From Blasia pusilla (taxonomy: Eukaryota), in the NCBI GenBank assembly GCA_050084515.1, contig CM114271.1:28768001-28832000 (forward strand): a stretch of DNA of 64,000 bases, given 5' to 3'. Shown here one piece after another: positions 60,731-64,000 of this stretch. Made by a program: the position numbers and the translations under genes. Below the pieces are notes generated by a model, which was not told where the DNA came from, ran no database searches, and saw nothing but the letters and a program-made list of their open reading frames with translations. Numbering within the stretch: the first letter of the stretch is position 1; the number at the start of each line of letters is the position of its first letter.

Positions 60731-63700
60731 TATGGAAAACTGCTAAAGAAGCATAACTGGTGGGAAACGACTCTCACACTCACACACCACTAGGGAGAAC
60801 AAAATTTGCAATGAGAGAATGAGTGGAGGCTAGTCCCCTTCTCAATTATATAAGGTATATACAAACAACCCTAACCCTAATCCTAACCTTAACCATAGTC
60901 TCGAGTTAGACGAATTATGATTAACTAACCCTATTTAAGATAATCGTGCTTAGCTGACTAACCAAAATTAAGCTTTCCTAGTTAGTGTGAGTACCAAATG
61001 TAGCAGTTCAGGTGTCTCATGAGCTTGATTGTAACTCAATCTTCAATACTCCTCCTCAAGCTCATATCGATATCTCTAACGCCTAATCATTTTAAAACAT
61101 CTCAAACTTATCTCTAGACAATGCCTTTATAAAGATGTCAGCAATTTGTTGATTTGTACCTATATACACAAGATCAATTTCTCCTACAAGCACTTTCTCT
61201 CTGATAAAATGATAGTGCACCTCAATATGCTTTGTATGAGCATGAAACACAGGGTTATTAGCAATCTTGATGCTACTAATATTATCTGCATATATTACAC
61301 TAGGTCCTAAGTTACTAATACCAATCTCAACAAGTAATTGATGAAGCCACACCGCCTCACATGTTGCATTGGTTGCTCCTCTGTACTCAGCCTCTGTTGA
61401 AGATAAAGCAACTATAGGTTGCTTCTTTGAAGCCCAACTTATACCTACGCTTGCCAAAGTAAATGAATAACAAGATGTGGAGTTTCAATCACATACGCTT
61501 CTTGCCCCATCATCATCTGTGAATCTCTGTAATTGAAAACTCAGAGAAGGTTCAAAGAGAAGCCCAAATTGAATAGAGAATTTCATATACCGCATAATCC
61601 TCCTCATCAAGGTGAGGTTTTCGAGGTGCTTGCATAAAATGGCTCACTAGGCCAACAACATAGCTCAAATCTTGTCTGGTTATAGTTAGATAGATCAAAC
61701 TTCCAACCATGCTCATGTACATATCAGAATCTGCAAGCAACTCTCCTTCATCCACTCTTAGCTTCACACTGGTCCAACGGTGTAGAGATTTGCTTACAAG
61801 CCGTCATACCATGTTTTGAAAGCATTTGAAGAGCATATTGTCGTTGTAGTAACCACATGCTATCTCCAACCTTGATAAACTCTATACCAAGGAAGTACTT
61901 GAGTTCTCCCAAGTCCTTTATATCAAATTCTGCTTGTAACTTAAGCTTGATTTGTTGTACCATTTCTTCAGTACTCCTAGTAATCATGAGATCGTCAACA
62001 TACAACGTAATGAGAACCGTATGATCTTGTCCTCTCAAGACATATAACAAGGAGTCAGAATCACATACCCTAAAACCTAATTCTTGTAGGATATATGTAA
62101 TCTTGTCATACCAAGCTCTTGGAGCTTGTTTAAGCTCGTATAGAGCTTTCTTCAACCTGCATACGCAAAATGGAAACTTGGGATGCTCATATCCAGATGG
62201 TTGAGTCATATATACCTCCTCGTATAGATCTCCATTCAAGAAGACATTCTTGACGTCCATGTGATGTAATCTCCACTTCTTACTTATTACAACTGCATCC
62301 ATTGTTCTTGTAGTCGCCATCTTTGCAACAGGTCTAAATGTTTCCTCATAATCAATGCCATATTGTCATGCATAGCCCTTAGCCATCAATCTCACTTTGT
62401 ATTTGTTAATTGTACCATCTTCAATCCATTCGACTTTACTTGCAGCTTCTTCAAAACAGTTCGACTCCTGTTCTTGAAGGGTAGTCATCATGTATGTATG
62501 ATGTGTTGCAAGGAAACTTTCATTTATGAATCTATGAACTGGATGTGTAACTCGATCTACAAAGTTTTTGTTGAGAGGTAGATGCTTCTGACACCTGACT
62601 CGAGCTCTAACTAGTGTCAACAGACTCAATACGTACTCTTCCCATCCATGGACTCACAGATATAACTGATGAATCTAGGATTTCTCTGAATCCTGCACTA
62701 GTACTTGGGGAAGTTGAAGGCAATGTCTGTTGATTTACAGTCATATTCTCCCCCTCAATAGACGAGTTTAGAGTTGGAATAGACTCAGATGGAGCATACC
62801 ATGACTTTAGCTCATCAAAGACAACATCCTGACTAATAATAAGTTTCCTAGAGGATGGAATGTAGCACTTATACCCCTTAGTTCCATCAACATAGCCAAT
62901 GAAGATACATCTTTCAAACTTGGGGTCTAATTTATGACGTCTCTCAGAAGGAACATGAGCATAACAAATACAACCAAATACTTTCAAGAAGGAAAAATGA
63001 GGTTTACTTCATGTGAAGACTTCAAATGGAGTTTTATCATGAACTTTTGCTGTTGGAGTTCGGTTGATTAAGAAGACTTCATATGCTACAGCCTCTGCCC
63101 AATACACCTTAGGCATGTTCTTCTCATTCAGTATAGCTCGTGCCGCTTCAGCAATATGTCGATTCTTCCTCTCAGCCCCTCCATTTTGTTGTGGAGTATA
63201 ACGGCAAGTCACTTGACGTTGGATGCCATTCTAATGTAAATAGTCATCAAACTCTGTTGAAAGATACTCTCCTCCTCCTTCACTACACAATTTCAGAATG
63301 TGTTCTCATGTCTGCTTCTCTACTAGAACTCTGAATGTTTGGAACACTGAGAATATCTCTTACTTAGATTTCTCAAAGTATACCCATATATACCTAGAGA
63401 AGTCATCAATAAATGAAACAAAGTATTGGCAACCACTAAGGCTATGTTGTGATGCTGTCCACATATCACTGTGGATCAACTCCAATATCCTGGATGCTCT
63501 TCTATCTTGCTTTGGGAAAGGAAATCTAGCTTGTTTTCCAAATTGGAAAGCATGACATATCTCTAATGTAGCAGGGATCGCTCATTTAGGCAGTCTTATT
63601 ACTATATTAGATGATGAAAGACTCTATAATCTTTGAAGATTCATATGTCCAATTCTTTTATGTCACACATTTAGATTTGTGACTTGTTGGCCGGTTTGAC

Positions 63701-63745
63701 CATACATTGTTGTTTGAATCTCTAATGTACAAGAGTTTACTGAGT
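60731..63745 (-). mobile_element. Ty1/copia retrotransposon (integrase, RT, RNase H, 3' LTR 61048->60731), 5'-truncated
   Basis: HKRIGHMN, YTPQQNGGAERKNR, KLDPK..RCIFIGY, LYVDDL, HTKHIEVHYHF; LTR homologous to 39086-39397. Confidence 0.9.
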
Positions 63746-64000
63746 TCGATCCCCTAGATGATCATTGTTTAGTGAAAAGAGAGTTTAAAATTACAATTCT
63801 CTGGCAATAGTTGTATTTAGGTGTGAATAATTTAGATTCAATATCTTATCAACGTATTCAAATATTTCTTAGTACCAAGGTTTCTTTTCTCAATTCTCTC
63901 TAGTGGAGTTGACATCACGCTCAAGTAGATTTCCCCTCGACATCAAGAAACCTCACAGAGATCTCAACAAGGAAGTTGGCTTTTCCTACTTTCAGAACTC

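Overview
Repeat-rich nuclear DNA from a plant, probably a non-seed land plant such as a bryophyte (inferred from the GT-AG introns and TE families; not verified). Positions 1-37.4 kb are a nest of copies of one large Mutator-like (MULE) DNA transposon without long TIRs. It carries two divergent intron-containing genes: a GCM-like/DDE/SWIM transposase and a cargo gene fusing a ParB/Sulfiredoxin-like domain to a prokaryote-style beta-class amino (N4C/N6A) DNA methyltransferase-like domain. Its introns and promoter hold dozens of copies of a 27-31 bp palindrome, GCAACCCGTCGGA-N-TCCGACGGGTTGC. Nested in the third copy are two Ty3/gypsy elements. The inner one (20839-30530) encodes a DNMT3-like C5 methyltransferase between protease and RT plus a C-terminal PHD finger, appears self-priming, and has a split-repeat A...B-A-B layout with a 4-bp TSD. 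A related element at 41633-42367 shows the same 3' layout, suggesting integration through an internal palindromic site of a two-LTR circle. The rest holds two copies of one Copia family, CRE-like and RTEX-like LINE fragments, and two convergent host genes: a UBA-UBX-UBX-RING-H2 gene with an in-frame stop and an intact aldo-keto reductase. All TE ORFs are disrupted as assembled. Coordinates were read by eye and may be off by a few bases.
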